Source of the DNA: a virus
Virus record (IMG/VR): IMGVR_UViG_3300028586_000750
Length of the DNA: 64,000 bases
Reading direction: 5' to 3' (one strand)
In this document: one piece after another, positions 1-9,220 of the stretch
Numbering within the stretch: the first letter of the stretch is position 1
Layout of the letters: every line of letters begins with the position of its first letter
Notes under the pieces: generated by a model
Told to the model about the DNA's origin: nothing
What the model saw: only the letters and a program-made list of their open reading frames with translations
The model's database searches: none
Program-made: the position numbers and the translations under genes

Positions 1-60
1 TTGTCTTTTGTGGTTTAATGGTTTTAGAGAGATACAAACCCTTTAGAGAGAGAAACGAAA

Positions 61-486
61 ATGACCACCCAGTACCCCGTCCTGACCTACGGAACCCTTC
101 GCCCCGGCAACCACAACTACGTGCTGCTTGACGGCTACACCACCTACGAGGCGGACGTCGACGTTGAGGGCTTCAACATGTACGTCTTCTCGGGATACCC
201 TTACGTCATTGACGGTGAGGACACCATCAAGGCGACCCTTAACTTTGTTCACGCTGACGTGTACGACGACGTGATGTACGACCTTGACATGCTTGAGGGC
301 TTCCTTGGAGAGGGTAACCCCTTCAACCACTACGACCGCATTCTTGTAGACGTGGACTTCGCTGACACGACCATCAAGGCGTGGATGTACGTTGCACGTG
401 ACGCAGTTACGGTTGCCCGCGTGAAGGACCAGCTTCGTTACTGGCCTTTTGGTGACTGGAACCTTTACAAGTCGGTTCTTGTCTAA
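61..486 (+). CDS. gamma-glutamylcyclotransferase (GGCT/AIG2-like)
   Basis: N-terminal VLTYGTLRPG motif, LDMLEG...YDRILV, AWMY; typical of the GGACT family. Confidence 0.9.
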   Translation: MTTQYPVLTYGTLRPGNHNYVLLDGYTTYEADVDVEGFNMYVFSGYPYVIDGEDTIKATLNFVHADVYDDVMYDLDMLEGFLGEGNPFNHYDRILVDVDFADTTIKAWMYVARDAVTVARVKDQLRYWPFGDWNLYKSVLV

Positions 487-497
487 CAAGCCAAAAT

Positions 498-533
498 AAA
501 GAGGGTGTCACCTAATTAGGTGACACCCTCTTT
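498..533. terminator. perfect 36-bp palindrome, likely bidirectional terminator
   Basis: aaagagggtgtcacctaa|ttaggtgacaccctcttt directly after the GGCT stop. Confidence 0.75.
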
Positions 534-573
534 TGTATATTGACGATAGTTTAATATGTAGAAGGATTAAATT

Positions 574-705
574 ATGAGCAAAATAATTATCATATCAAGC
601 ATTGCAGCGATTACTTCGGCAACTGTTGCAACGTTTGTTTGGCTAATGTATAAAGAGAACACAGAATGGGACTTGTGGACAACTGAATTCTCCACAACTA
701 CCTAA
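574..705 (+). CDS. small membrane protein (43 aa)
   Basis: Hand translation MSKIIIISSIAAITSATVATFVWLMYK...; GAAGGA RBS; below ORF-track cutoff. Confidence 0.6.
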   Translation: MSKIIIISSIAAITSATVATFVWLMYKENTEWDLWTTEFSTTT

Positions 706-728
706 TATTTAGGCGATAGATACATATT

Positions 729-1061
729 ATGAATAACATGGCTAAAGAAGCCTTTCCAAATGGTTACGCTGCTTTTCCCACTAAACCTGATGCTGTTCAA
801 GCAGAAGCAGTTGAAGAGCAGAAAAGACACGCTACTTCTAACACCGATTTGTCTGGATTAGGCGATATCGCGTATGTAGCTACGGATAGTCTACTTTCCA
901 GACAGTCCACATCAGAAAGCATTTTGGCTATAACAGAGAACAATCCTGTTTCCGATTTCCTTGAAGGAACAGGTGAACTTTTTGGAAATGCTATTGATGG
1001 TATAGGTGATATTGCTGGAAGTGTTGTTGAAGGTTTAGGCAGCTTGTTCGACGGTTTCTAA
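729..1061 (+). CDS. hypothetical protein
   Basis: ORF ending at a palindromic terminator; Gly/acidic C-terminus. Confidence 0.7.
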   Translation: MNNMAKEAFPNGYAAFPTKPDAVQAEAVEEQKRHATSNTDLSGLGDIAYVATDSLLSRQSTSESILAITENNPVSDFLEGTGELFGNAIDGIGDIAGSVVEGLGSLFDGF

Positions 1062-1110
1062 AAGACTAATGGCCCCACCAGAATTAACTGGTGGGGCCAT
1101 TAGTCTTTTA
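1059..1110. repeat. palindrome family member (CCACCAG-aattaa-CTGGTGG core), 23-bp stem
   Basis: taaaagactaatggccccaccag aattaa ctggtggggccattagtctttta between convergent genes. Confidence 0.9.
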
Positions 1111-1113
1111 GTG

Positions 1114-1296
1114 TTACTCGATTACGAAGCGGTCAGGTTCCTGAGGCACTGGAACGCCAGTTGCCTCAGCGATACGTGCATTAGCCTCAGCGATACGTGC
1201 CTCAGCACCAGCACGAGTTGCCTTGTACTTAGCACGGAAAATCATGTAAACGTAGTAAGCCACGATGATAATAGCTAGGAAGGTCCAGAAGTTCAT
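1114..1296 (-). CDS. small membrane protein with short coiled-coil repeat
   Basis: N-terminal TM helix then AEARIAEANARIAEA. Confidence 0.7.
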   Translation of the reverse strand: MNFWTFLAIIIVAYYVYMIFRAKYKATRAGAEARIAEANARIAEATGVPVPQEPDRFVIE

Positions 1297-1644
1297 TATT
1301 ACTTTCTTTTTGGCGGATAAGTTATGTGTTTATTCTAGCAGGATAAGCTAGTTCTGTCTACTCGTTTCAACTAGAAAATAAACGTTTACCTATTTGGTAA
1401 TAATTGTATAGTTGCATTAGACAAAACTCTGTTGCTCATAAACTGCCAAAGTTTTTAATAGCATTTTTAAAATTTAGGTTGGCGCCAACATCGCCAACCG
1501 CCAACTTGTGTTGAATAAGAATATGAATAAACATTTGGTAACGGGAAAAGACATTATTTAAATTATTCTCAAAAAGGTGTTGTTAATGTCGGTGCTAGTT
1601 GATAGAATAAGAGTATATCTTCTGCATCCCTACTTTGAAAGGTT

Positions 1645-1917
1645 ATGACAATGGCTGCACCACTTACTCTTCACCGTGAAGTTATGGTTGATGAGACAAC
1701 CGGCTACAAGGTTGTGGACCACAAAGAAAACACTGTTGGGTTCCTTGTGGCTAAGGAAAAGAAGAACAAGCGAGCTTGGGGCTTTGTTTTCGTTTCCGGT
1801 GAGCTAGAGCGTAAGCCTAACATCTACCGTTACGACAACAAGAAGGAAGCTCTTGAAGCTCTAGTCTTTGCTCGTTTCACTAAGACTTCTACTGGACCTA
1901 TCAAAATCGTCAAGTAA
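1645..1917 (+). CDS. hypothetical protein
   Basis: GAAAGG RBS, upstream TTGTTA-N17-TAGAAT promoter, downstream hairpin. Confidence 0.75.
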   Translation: MTMAAPLTLHREVMVDETTGYKVVDHKENTVGFLVAKEKKNKRAWGFVFVSGELERKPNIYRYDNKKEALEALVFARFTKTSTGPIKIVK

Positions 1918-2039
1918 TTCAGATGTTCCTAAGTAAACACTCAGTAATTCTATGTAATTACTGAGTGTTTACTTATAGTTACCTGTTTTAATCACTTTTT
2001 TCTGTAACTGGCGGATATTAGTATCACGTCATTACAAAA

Positions 2040-2342
2040 TTGGAGGACAGAGTAATGGACAAAGTAACACGTTATATTCATGTAACAAAAACAAATGTAG
2101 ATGAAGCTCAACCTTGGGGTTTAATTTTCAAGGGTGAAGACTTCCGAGAAATATCTTCGCTTGAAGAAGAAGATATGTTCCGCTTTCAGACAGGGCATCA
2201 AGCTCTCATGCTAGCTCTACGTCTACAAAACATGACCCCAGAAGCATCAATTGTGGTTGACCCTGAACTTGATTTAGGAATGGACCGCGAACCTGATGAA
2301 GAAGAACTACGAGAAATAGAAAGAGAACTCGTAGAAGCTTAA
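2040..2342 (+). CDS. hypothetical acidic protein
   Basis: ORF track; start uncertain (ATG at MDK alternative). Confidence 0.65.
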   Translation: MEDRVMDKVTRYIHVTKTNVDEAQPWGLIFKGEDFREISSLEEEDMFRFQTGHQALMLALRLQNMTPEASIVVDPELDLGMDREPDEEELREIERELVEA

Positions 2343-2492
2343 CTAAACACTCTCCCCGTAAAACAGTTATAAATTTTCTTCCTTAAAGTGGTGCCCCTCA
2401 GATTAGTTTCTGAGGGGCACCACTTGCTTTTCATCCATAATACTGATACGATAAAATCAATAATTCATTCACTTTAAAGAAAGAAAACAACA

Positions 2493-2840
2493 ATGAGCTT
2501 TGTTAGCATGACCATCAATGGAAAGCGTATTAACGTTCCTGGCCGCAATCTCACCATTAACGGAGATAAGATTATCGTTGACGGTAAGCAGGTTGACCTT
2601 GACGGTTTCGGTAATGACAAGGTTTTCAACATCGTAGTTGAAGGCAACGTAGACAAGGTTGATGGTGATTTCGCATCAATTGAGGTTGTCGGTGACGCTG
2701 GTTCTGTCAAAACTATGTCTGGCGATGCAACCGTTCGTGGTGATGTTACTGGTTCGGTTTCTACCATGTCCGGCGATGTACGCGTAAAGGGTGCCATTGG
2801 TGGAAATGTTTCCACCATGTCTGGCGACATCAAGAAGTAA
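2493..2840 (+). CDS. beta-solenoid repeat protein (DUF4097-like)
   Basis: Repeated (V)STMSGD(V)xVxG units. Confidence 0.7.
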   Translation: MSFVSMTINGKRINVPGRNLTINGDKIIVDGKQVDLDGFGNDKVFNIVVEGNVDKVDGDFASIEVVGDAGSVKTMSGDATVRGDVTGSVSTMSGDVRVKGAIGGNVSTMSGDIKK

Positions 2841-2905
2841 CCCATCTAATAGGGAAGCGGTAAAACTACATTTAGTCTTACCGCTTCCCTATTTTTATTT
2901 TGGTG

Positions 2906-2935
2906 TTGACGCTTTGCGTTTTATTGTGTTATCCT
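2906..2935 (+). promoter_or_regulatory. sigma70/SigA-like promoter giving a leaderless transcript
   Basis: TTGACG-N18-TATCCT, ATG 7 nt downstream of -10 with no RBS. Confidence 0.6.
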
Positions 2936-2941
2936 AAATTC

Positions 2942-3289
2942 ATGACTACATTCGTGATTGATGACCTTCGCAACTTCCGTGACGACCGCCCTGCTGTGGT
3001 GGCTCGCACCAGTGCGGATGCTCTGGCGTACCTTGAGGCGAACCAGGATGCGCATTTCACGGACATTTGGTTTGACCATGACCTTGGTGAGCCAAACGGT
3101 GAGTTGGACACGACAATGCCTGTAGTGAACTACCTCAGTGAGCGCGCTTTCTACGACAACCCTGTAAACGTGGACACTGTGTATGTTCACACGTCCAACC
3201 CTGTTGGTGCGCGTCAGATTGTCGCTAGCTTGGAGCGTTTCGGTTACAACGTCAAGAAGGTTCCCGCAGAGGTTTACTTCATCGTCTAA
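2942..3289 (+). CDS. cyclic-phosphate-processing receiver (cREC-like) domain protein
   Basis: FVIDDLR...IWFDHDLG...VHTSNPVG pattern. Confidence 0.8.
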   Translation: MTTFVIDDLRNFRDDRPAVVARTSADALAYLEANQDAHFTDIWFDHDLGEPNGELDTTMPVVNYLSERAFYDNPVNVDTVYVHTSNPVGARQIVASLERFGYNVKKVPAEVYFIV

Positions 3290-3304
3290 CACCTTTGGTA
3301 AAAG

Positions 3305-3352
3305 ACATAGTTAAGGCCCCACCAGTTAATTCTGGTGGGGCCTTAACTATGT
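3305..3352. repeat. palindrome family member, 21-bp stem
   Basis: acatagttaaggccccaccag ttaatt ctggtggggccttaactatgt. Confidence 0.9.
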
Positions 3353-3360
3353 GATTAGGT

Positions 3361-3771
3361 TTATCCGTAAATGTAGGACTTTCCGTAAGTCATAGGGTAG
3401 TCGCTGAGAAGGTCATAACCGTCTACGATGCCCACGATACGCGCTGTGCTGGTCCTGACAGCCTCTTCACCCACATCCTCACCACCGTCTGCCTCAACGG
3501 CTCCTAGAGGCTCTACAACGTACACATAGGCGCAAGGGTCTTCCTCAATTTCTTCGTCTTCAGCAACCATGCAAGCAGTTCTAGCCCACATGTACGCTTC
3601 ACAGATAGCTGTATCATTATCTGCACCAAACTCATCAGTTGTCATATAGACGTGAGCACTACGGCCATAGTTAGCGGACACGCTAAGAACTTCACCGGGA
3701 ACAAGAATATCCCCAATTTCAAGGTCAGCGTTTGTGCCGTGGTAAAAAGTCATAATTTTTCCTGTCGTCAC
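3361..3771 (-). CDS. Arr-family (rifampin ADP-ribosyltransferase-like) ART
   Basis: FYHGTNADLEIGDIL, NY...HVYMT, YVYVVEPLG match Arr signatures. Confidence 0.78.
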   Translation of the reverse strand: MTTGKIMTFYHGTNADLEIGDILVPGEVLSVSANYGRSAHVYMTTDEFGADNDTAICEAYMWARTACMVAEDEEIEEDPCAYVYVVEPLGAVEADGGEDVGEEAVRTSTARIVGIVDGYDLLSDYPMTYGKSYIYG

Positions 3772-3818
3772 CTAATAATTTATCACACCAAATGCAGCTT
3801 GTCTAACCTACCGCTGTT

Positions 3819-4637
3819 TTAGCTCAAAACAATATAGTTAGCTTGCTTACGGTTTTGGATTTTAAGGTACTTCATTCGGTGGTAACCGTCCATAAGCTTA
3901 TAGGTGTCACCAGTTTTAACAAGTATTCCAGCTATACCAGGTTTGTTGTCATAGCTCTGAGGAATTCTTGCTTCTACTTCGTTTAGGCGAGAAGCGCCGC
4001 GCACAATAATCTTATCTAACTTAACTGTTTTCTGTTCAACATGGGTGGCGGTATATAACGCACGATTACGGTGAGCACCTTGTTTAAAAATAAGTTCGTT
4101 TTCTTCATCAAGCTGACGTTTGATTGCTTGAAGCGGGGTTAAACCTTGCGTTTCTGTACCCTTACTTCGGACGTATTCCAAAATACCTTGGGTGTCTACA
4201 GCGTTAGGTTGTTTCCAATACCATTCTTGCACTTTGGACAGCATATTTGCTGTTGCATTATTTGCTGCATCAAGTTTCAACGCATTCTTGCTATTTTGGA
4301 CTAAGTTTTTAAGCTCATCAGGGAGACTATGAGTTTCATCTTTACCTAGCATGTAAAGAATTGCGTTTTCAGTAGTAGGTTGTTCAGACGAAGACAAATA
4401 TGTTGTTAACGAGTGTTCTGTTGGCTCGCTATATTCTGATGGGGTCAAGATTATTGAAGGTTTTGTTATGCCTTCAATAAGGTCGCTCTTTGGAGTAAGC
4501 GCCTTTTTCACAACACCTGTGGCTGCTTCTTGACCAGAATTATAATGAGTACCGTATTGACAATCTTTTTCATTTGCATTGCATAGTGCAGGTTTGTTTA
4601 GCCTAGTTGAGAAGTGGTAACGCGCCTGATTAGTCAT
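3819..4637 (-). CDS. ParB/Sulfiredoxin-like domain protein with N-terminal Cys/His module
   Basis: C-terminal ILVKTGDTYKLMDGYHRM; N-terminal CNANEKDCQYGTH. Confidence 0.7.
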   Translation of the reverse strand: MTNQARYHFSTRLNKPALCNANEKDCQYGTHYNSGQEAATGVVKKALTPKSDLIEGITKPSIILTPSEYSEPTEHSLTTYLSSSEQPTTENAILYMLGKDETHSLPDELKNLVQNSKNALKLDAANNATANMLSKVQEWYWKQPNAVDTQGILEYVRSKGTETQGLTPLQAIKRQLDEENELIFKQGAHRNRALYTATHVEQKTVKLDKIIVRGASRLNEVEARIPQSYDNKPGIAGILVKTGDTYKLMDGYHRMKYLKIQNRKQANYIVLS

Positions 4638-4765
4638 AGTTTATTCATAACAGGCCAGACAGAAAACATTTTTGTGTAATTGGTAGCTATTCGGTTGACA
4701 TTGCAGGAAAATCTCTGATAGGCTCTAGTTATTCAAGCAATTTCCCGTCAAAATAAGGATTAACC

Positions 4766-5104
4766 ATGATTCACATCGTTCGCGCCAACCGTAAGAACTT
4801 CTTCGTTGATGCTGAGAACAGCGGTCAGGCTATTCGCATCATGCAGTACCTGCCTTTCAACATGACTGGGGCCATTGCTGACCCGTACGAGCACGATGTC
4901 CCTGCTGGTAACATCATCTACACCAAGGATGACGGTCGTATGCCTCTTCTGGGCGGTCGTTACCTTCTCAAGATTCGTGATGAGGCTGGCTGGACTGTCG
5001 TCGCTGAGGTTATGAACGGTCCTCTTTGGACGCGCATCTTCCTTGATGCTAAGGCTCGCTACGGTGAGGACAAGGTTTCCTCTGAGTTCGTAATGAACGA
5101 CTAA
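4766..5104 (+). CDS. hypothetical protein
   Basis: TAAGGA RBS; TTGACA-N18-TAGGCT promoter at 4695-4724. Confidence 0.75.
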   Translation: MIHIVRANRKNFFVDAENSGQAIRIMQYLPFNMTGAIADPYEHDVPAGNIIYTKDDGRMPLLGGRYLLKIRDEAGWTVVAEVMNGPLWTRIFLDAKARYGEDKVSSEFVMND

Positions 5105-5110
5105 AAATAA

Positions 5111-5156
5111 AAAAGTTAAGGCCCCACTAGTTCATTCTGGTGGGGCCTTAACTTTT
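5111..5156. repeat. palindrome family member
   Basis: aaaagttaaggccccac tagttcattctg gtggggccttaactttt. Confidence 0.85.
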
Positions 5157-5225
5157 GTTGTGCTGTGTTTAAAAACTTACTTCATTTTCTGAGGTAATTT
5201 CTGTTTAGGCGATAGACTAGTTACT

Positions 5226-5513
5226 ATGTTTACAATTTTTACATTTATCCTAAGCACTATCGCTGGTATGATTGCCTACCGTTTCGCTGCTGGTCACATT
5301 GCTGCTAAAGAGACACCTGTAAGCTACAAAATAGAGTTGATTACTAAGACTGTTTTCTCTGTTGTGGGTGGTCTTATTGGTCTTGTGTTAGCTGGTGTAC
5401 TTTACGGTCTTCTTAAAGTTGCTATTCCTTTGATTATTATTGGTGGAGCAATTTACTTGTTCTTCTTGTACCGTTCTGAAATTCGTAACTTCTTAAAAAC
5501 TGGCCGTCTATAA
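5226..5513 (+). CDS. membrane protein
   Basis: Three hydrophobic segments; TAGACT -10 just upstream of ATG (leaderless). Confidence 0.75.
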   Translation: MFTIFTFILSTIAGMIAYRFAAGHIAAKETPVSYKIELITKTVFSVVGGLIGLVLAGVLYGLLKVAIPLIIIGGAIYLFFLYRSEIRNFLKTGRL

Positions 5514-5558
5514 AGTTTAAATAAGAATAGCCCCTCACTTGATTGTGAGGGGCTATTC

Positions 5559-5861
5559 TTATGCAGATTCGGTGTTAAGTTTAACACCAGTTATATCTTG
5601 GATGATGCTACCCATAACGAGTGCTTCAATGCACTTTCCTTCTAGACTAAGCGGTACACGTGGTACTTCGCTTAGCGTGGTTAGAAGGTAAATGTCTGGG
5701 ACATTATCGTATGGTGTTAACCAGTAAAGTTCTTGGTTTCGGCTGAGAACAACAGAGCGCTTGGTGCTTCTGTCGGGGAAAGGCAAGGCTTCAACTACGA
5801 AATCTTTGCCGTCGAGTGTAATAGTTTCATGTTGGTATAGATATTGGATGTCTTCGTTCAT
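5559..5861 (-). CDS. hypothetical protein
   Basis: ORF track. Confidence 0.65.
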   Translation of the reverse strand: MNEDIQYLYQHETITLDGKDFVVEALPFPDRSTKRSVVLSRNQELYWLTPYDNVPDIYLLTTLSEVPRVPLSLEGKCIEALVMGSIIQDITGVKLNTESA

Positions 5862-5962
5862 AGTGATTTATATATCGGAAGTTTCTAGAAAATTAACGCA
5901 AATGGGAAAAGACAATGGCTCTCAAACTATATGTACAGTTTGAGAGCCATTGGTAAGTTTAC

Positions 5963-6139
5963 TTACGCAGCGAGGTAAACTTCGGCAACCTCAGCCTGAG
6001 AAGCACCAGCAGGAACCTCAACAAAGTCCTGGGTGAAGATACCATCCTTGAGGATGGAGTAATAATCCTTACCTCCACGAGTTACCTCGAACTCAGCGGT
6101 AACGTTAAGAGTGTCGGTGTTGATAAGAGTAATAGCCAT
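5963..6139 (-). CDS. hypothetical protein
   Basis: AGGAG RBS before MAITLINT start. Confidence 0.7.
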   Translation of the reverse strand: MAITLINTDTLNVTAEFEVTRGGKDYYSILKDGIFTQDFVEVPAGASQAEVAEVYLAA

Positions 6140-6297
6140 TGTGGTGCTCCTAGTTAGGTTTTTGTTTTCCGGGGTGTTCCCCGCTGACATTTATTAATAT
6201 ACACGGTTTTAAGTCAAAAAGCAACTTAGCTACAGCATCCATTAGAACAATAATTCAATTAAGAAGATAAAAACAGTTTTTCCGCTACTATAGATTC

Positions 6298-6621
6298 ATG
6301 GCACAAAAGATCAACGAGCGAGACTTAATGTGGGTTCTTAATACTCACATCACAGATGGTATTTACCCTATTGACGGAGCATACCGAGTAGAACCCTATA
6401 CTAAAGAAGATAGTGGCTGGCGCTTAATTTCCGTAGGAGACACAGAAGAGTACATGGAAAACCCCATGAACTTAGTCACTATGACTTTAGATGAGGTTCT
6501 AGCTATTGAACCTTCGTTAAAACGAATTAAAGATTTACCTGTTGGTTCCGAAATTCAGCTTATCCAAGATGAACATGATGTTCGTTTTGTTGACTACGAT
6601 ACCAAAGTAGATATTTTTTAA
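6298..6621 (+). CDS. DUF2185/Imm33-like protein
   Basis: YRVEP...DSGWRLISVGDTEEYMENP.N...LP.G pattern. Confidence 0.7.
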   Translation: MAQKINERDLMWVLNTHITDGIYPIDGAYRVEPYTKEDSGWRLISVGDTEEYMENPMNLVTMTLDEVLAIEPSLKRIKDLPVGSEIQLIQDEHDVRFVDYDTKVDIF

Positions 6622-6625
6622 TATT

Positions 6626-6671
6626 AATAAGTAATGCCCTACCAGAATTAACTGGTAGGGCATTACTTATT
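6626..6671. repeat. palindrome family member, 20-bp stem
   Basis: aataagtaatgccctaccag aattaa ctggtagggcattacttatt. Confidence 0.9.
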
Positions 6672-6675
6672 TTAG

Positions 6676-7854
6676 TTAGACACCGGAGTAATCAGGTGTT
6701 CCGTCAGCATTCTTAGGAAGTGGCGTTCCATCTTCGTAAGTAGGCCAAGCTAACCTTCTTTTTGGTTGTTCTGGTGGAGTAGGCACAGCTTCTGGTTCTT
6801 GAACTGGTAAAGCAGGCTCAGATACCTCTGGGACGCTCTGTGGCGCGTTCTGCGCTTCTGTGGCGCTATCTGCGACAGGTTGGCGGCTCTCTTCCGGTTG
6901 AGGCGCTACAGGGGCGTTTACAGGCTGTGGCGCTGCGATTGGTTCTCTTTGTTGTACAGGAGAAACCTGTTGTGCAGGAGAAACTTGTTGTGCATTGCTT
7001 CCATAAGCAGGTAAGTTAACTGTTTGGACAGGTGTAGCAAAAATTACTTTTCCATGATTGTCCACAGGTTGTCCATACTTGTCATAAGCATAAGGAACAA
7101 CAATATTTCCACGATTGTCAACGAGAGTTTGTCCATTGTTGTTATCAAAAGGACGAGCAAAATTATTTACAGGTGCAATTGCTGGTTTCTTAGGACCAAA
7201 TAAGCTTACGCATAGAGGAATAAGTGCCGCTCCAACTGCGGTAAGAATAACTGTTGCCCACATAGCTCTCCAGTAGAATTCACCATAAGTAATGTGGCTA
7301 ATTACAAGAGGAAGAACAAGGAACAGTGTTGTTAAGCTGATAAGAACTAAAGTACCAATAGCTGTTGCTTTAATGGAACTGGTTTCGTATCTACGGCTAA
7401 CATTTACAAGCCATGAACCTATCAATAAGGCTAACCTCAAAAGGACAAGAACCCAGAATAGCTGGAAGAACTTGACAGCAACGAGAATGACATAAGGCTC
7501 TTCATTTGTAGTCAAGTAATCTTGCAACCAAATCTTATACAACCCTGCAAGTAGTAAGAATATTGACGTGAATAAGCCAGCCAGAGCAAAGTTGTTGCCT
7601 TTGTTTGTGGAAACTTCTGCGTCAAACCATGCAAGAAACGCTAGGACAACAACAAGTACAATTGTGGCAAGTGCTTTAACGTGAAGTTCACCAAAGCTAC
7701 CAAATAAAGCTGCTACGGCTGCAATTAATCCAGCAAAAACTACTGAACCTACAATGGTTTTTAGGACCATTCCGCGAACTTTGCTCCACAGTGGTGAAAG
7801 CTGCTCATCATTGTTGGTTGGTTGTACGCTAGTTACAGCGTTGGGAAAAGACAT
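6676..7854 (-). CDS. polytopic membrane protein with Pro/Gln-rich tail
   Basis: About 7 TM segments then low-complexity PQ/PE tail ending WPTYEDGTPLP. Confidence 0.8.
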   Translation of the reverse strand: MSFPNAVTSVQPTNNDEQLSPLWSKVRGMVLKTIVGSVVFAGLIAAVAALFGSFGELHVKALATIVLVVVLAFLAWFDAEVSTNKGNNFALAGLFTSIFLLLAGLYKIWLQDYLTTNEEPYVILVAVKFFQLFWVLVLLRLALLIGSWLVNVSRRYETSSIKATAIGTLVLISLTTLFLVLPLVISHITYGEFYWRAMWATVILTAVGAALIPLCVSLFGPKKPAIAPVNNFARPFDNNNGQTLVDNRGNIVVPYAYDKYGQPVDNHGKVIFATPVQTVNLPAYGSNAQQVSPAQQVSPVQQREPIAAPQPVNAPVAPQPEESRQPVADSATEAQNAPQSVPEVSEPALPVQEPEAVPTPPEQPKRRLAWPTYEDGTPLPKNADGTPDYSGV

Positions 7855-7948
7855 ATATTTACCTTTCGTCAACTGAGGTTGTTCAGTTATGTATGGTATA
7901 CATATCGGCCTTAACACCAAATCGCGTAAGATATAACCTTAACTGTGA

Positions 7949-9211
7949 TTACACCGTAACTTCGAGTAAAGCTAAGCTTGTAGCAAGCGTTAACTCGGCT
8001 GTAGAACTTCCCATTGTTCTTTCTAAGTAGTTATCTAAACGGCTCACATAGTCAGCGCGCTCTTCAAAGCTATAGCATTCCCAGAGATTTTTGTGCTCAA
8101 AATACAAATGAACATTCTCAGGAAGACGAGCCGAATATACGTCAATAGAAGTGGAATACTTTTTGCATTCTTTTTCAAAAGCATAATACACTTCTTCATT
8201 CAACTTATCTAAACCAGTAATAGACAATAAACCATGAAAAAAGTAGCTTGATGACTTTTTGGCGTTCTTCATTGCTGTCAAATATTCAATCAAGTCTTCT
8301 TGCTTAACATGACCGATATATGAAAGCAAATTATAACCGTCAGTGTCCGCCCATGTATCACGGAATGTTTCGGGTGCACTGGCTACACGGAAACCATTCT
8401 CATGAAGGTCAAGTTTTAGTTGTTCATCTTCGGGATAACCTGATTGAAGCAAATATTTAATGCTTCGCATAGCTTCTTGGTCTTCTTCTTTCGTACTGTC
8501 TTTAATAACTTTAAACAAAGCTAAAGCTTCAGCGTAAACGTTATCTGACCATTTTTTATCTGAGATAGAAAAACTAAACTTTTCATAAACAGCTTTTTTG
8601 ACAAATTCCTTTACTGTTACCCCACCTATTATATTTAGACTTTGGTAAAGAGGAGTCATACGATTTGGGTTGTTGAATGTTGCTGGTACTTCATATTTGT
8701 AGATATACGATTTCAACAATTCTACATTTTCATATGAATAGTTTAGGTAACTGTAAGTAGAATAATTTTCAGTTACAAGCTCATCTGGGTCCATAGTATT
8801 AGCAACATCGATTTCAACTGCTTCCTCAAATAATTTGTTTCGTGTGCTTTCTTTAAGGTTAAAAACATTCGCAAATTGTAAAATCCTAGGAATGAATTTA
8901 TAACCGTCACTATGAAGACCATTAAATACATAATCTTGTTCTGCAAGATACGCAACAGCATTAAGCACAACATCATCCCAGTATCCTTCTTCCCAGGAAG
9001 CAGTATTAAGATAATTGATTAGCATGTAATCTCTTAACAATCCACCAATAAACAATTCAGGGTATTGGGAAAAGACTTCTCTCCCATATTTACGAGTAAT
9101 GTAAAGAGATTGTGCTTTGAAATTTTCAGGCTGGCCAAGTACCGAACCTCTTTCAAAGTAAGGAAGTACGCGCTCTAAACTATCTAACTCATTTGTTGCC
9201 ATTGTAAGCAT
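7949..9211 (-). CDS. large hypothetical helical protein
   Basis: 420-aa ORF, AT-rich, Tyr/Leu-rich. Confidence 0.75.
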   Translation of the reverse strand: MLTMATNELDSLERVLPYFERGSVLGQPENFKAQSLYITRKYGREVFSQYPELFIGGLLRDYMLINYLNTASWEEGYWDDVVLNAVAYLAEQDYVFNGLHSDGYKFIPRILQFANVFNLKESTRNKLFEEAVEIDVANTMDPDELVTENYSTYSYLNYSYENVELLKSYIYKYEVPATFNNPNRMTPLYQSLNIIGGVTVKEFVKKAVYEKFSFSISDKKWSDNVYAEALALFKVIKDSTKEEDQEAMRSIKYLLQSGYPEDEQLKLDLHENGFRVASAPETFRDTWADTDGYNLLSYIGHVKQEDLIEYLTAMKNAKKSSSYFFHGLLSITGLDKLNEEVYYAFEKECKKYSTSIDVYSARLPENVHLYFEHKNLWECYSFEERADYVSRLDNYLERTMGSSTAELTLATSLALLEVTV

Positions 9212-9220
9212 TTTACCTCG

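Noticed and set aside
43-489. Antisense or alternate-frame ORFs from the track (43-489 -, 2474-2845 -, 2921-3292 -, 14371-14739 +, 26005-26307 +, 36867-37328 +, 51446-51931 +, 54442-54783 + and similar)
   Set aside because: They shadow genes with clear family motifs on the other strand or frame and lack an RBS or recognisable motifs
1163-1200. 21-bp-period tandem repeat gcctcagcgatacgtgc
   Set aside because: Simply encodes the heptad ARIAEAN repeat of the 1114-1296 protein
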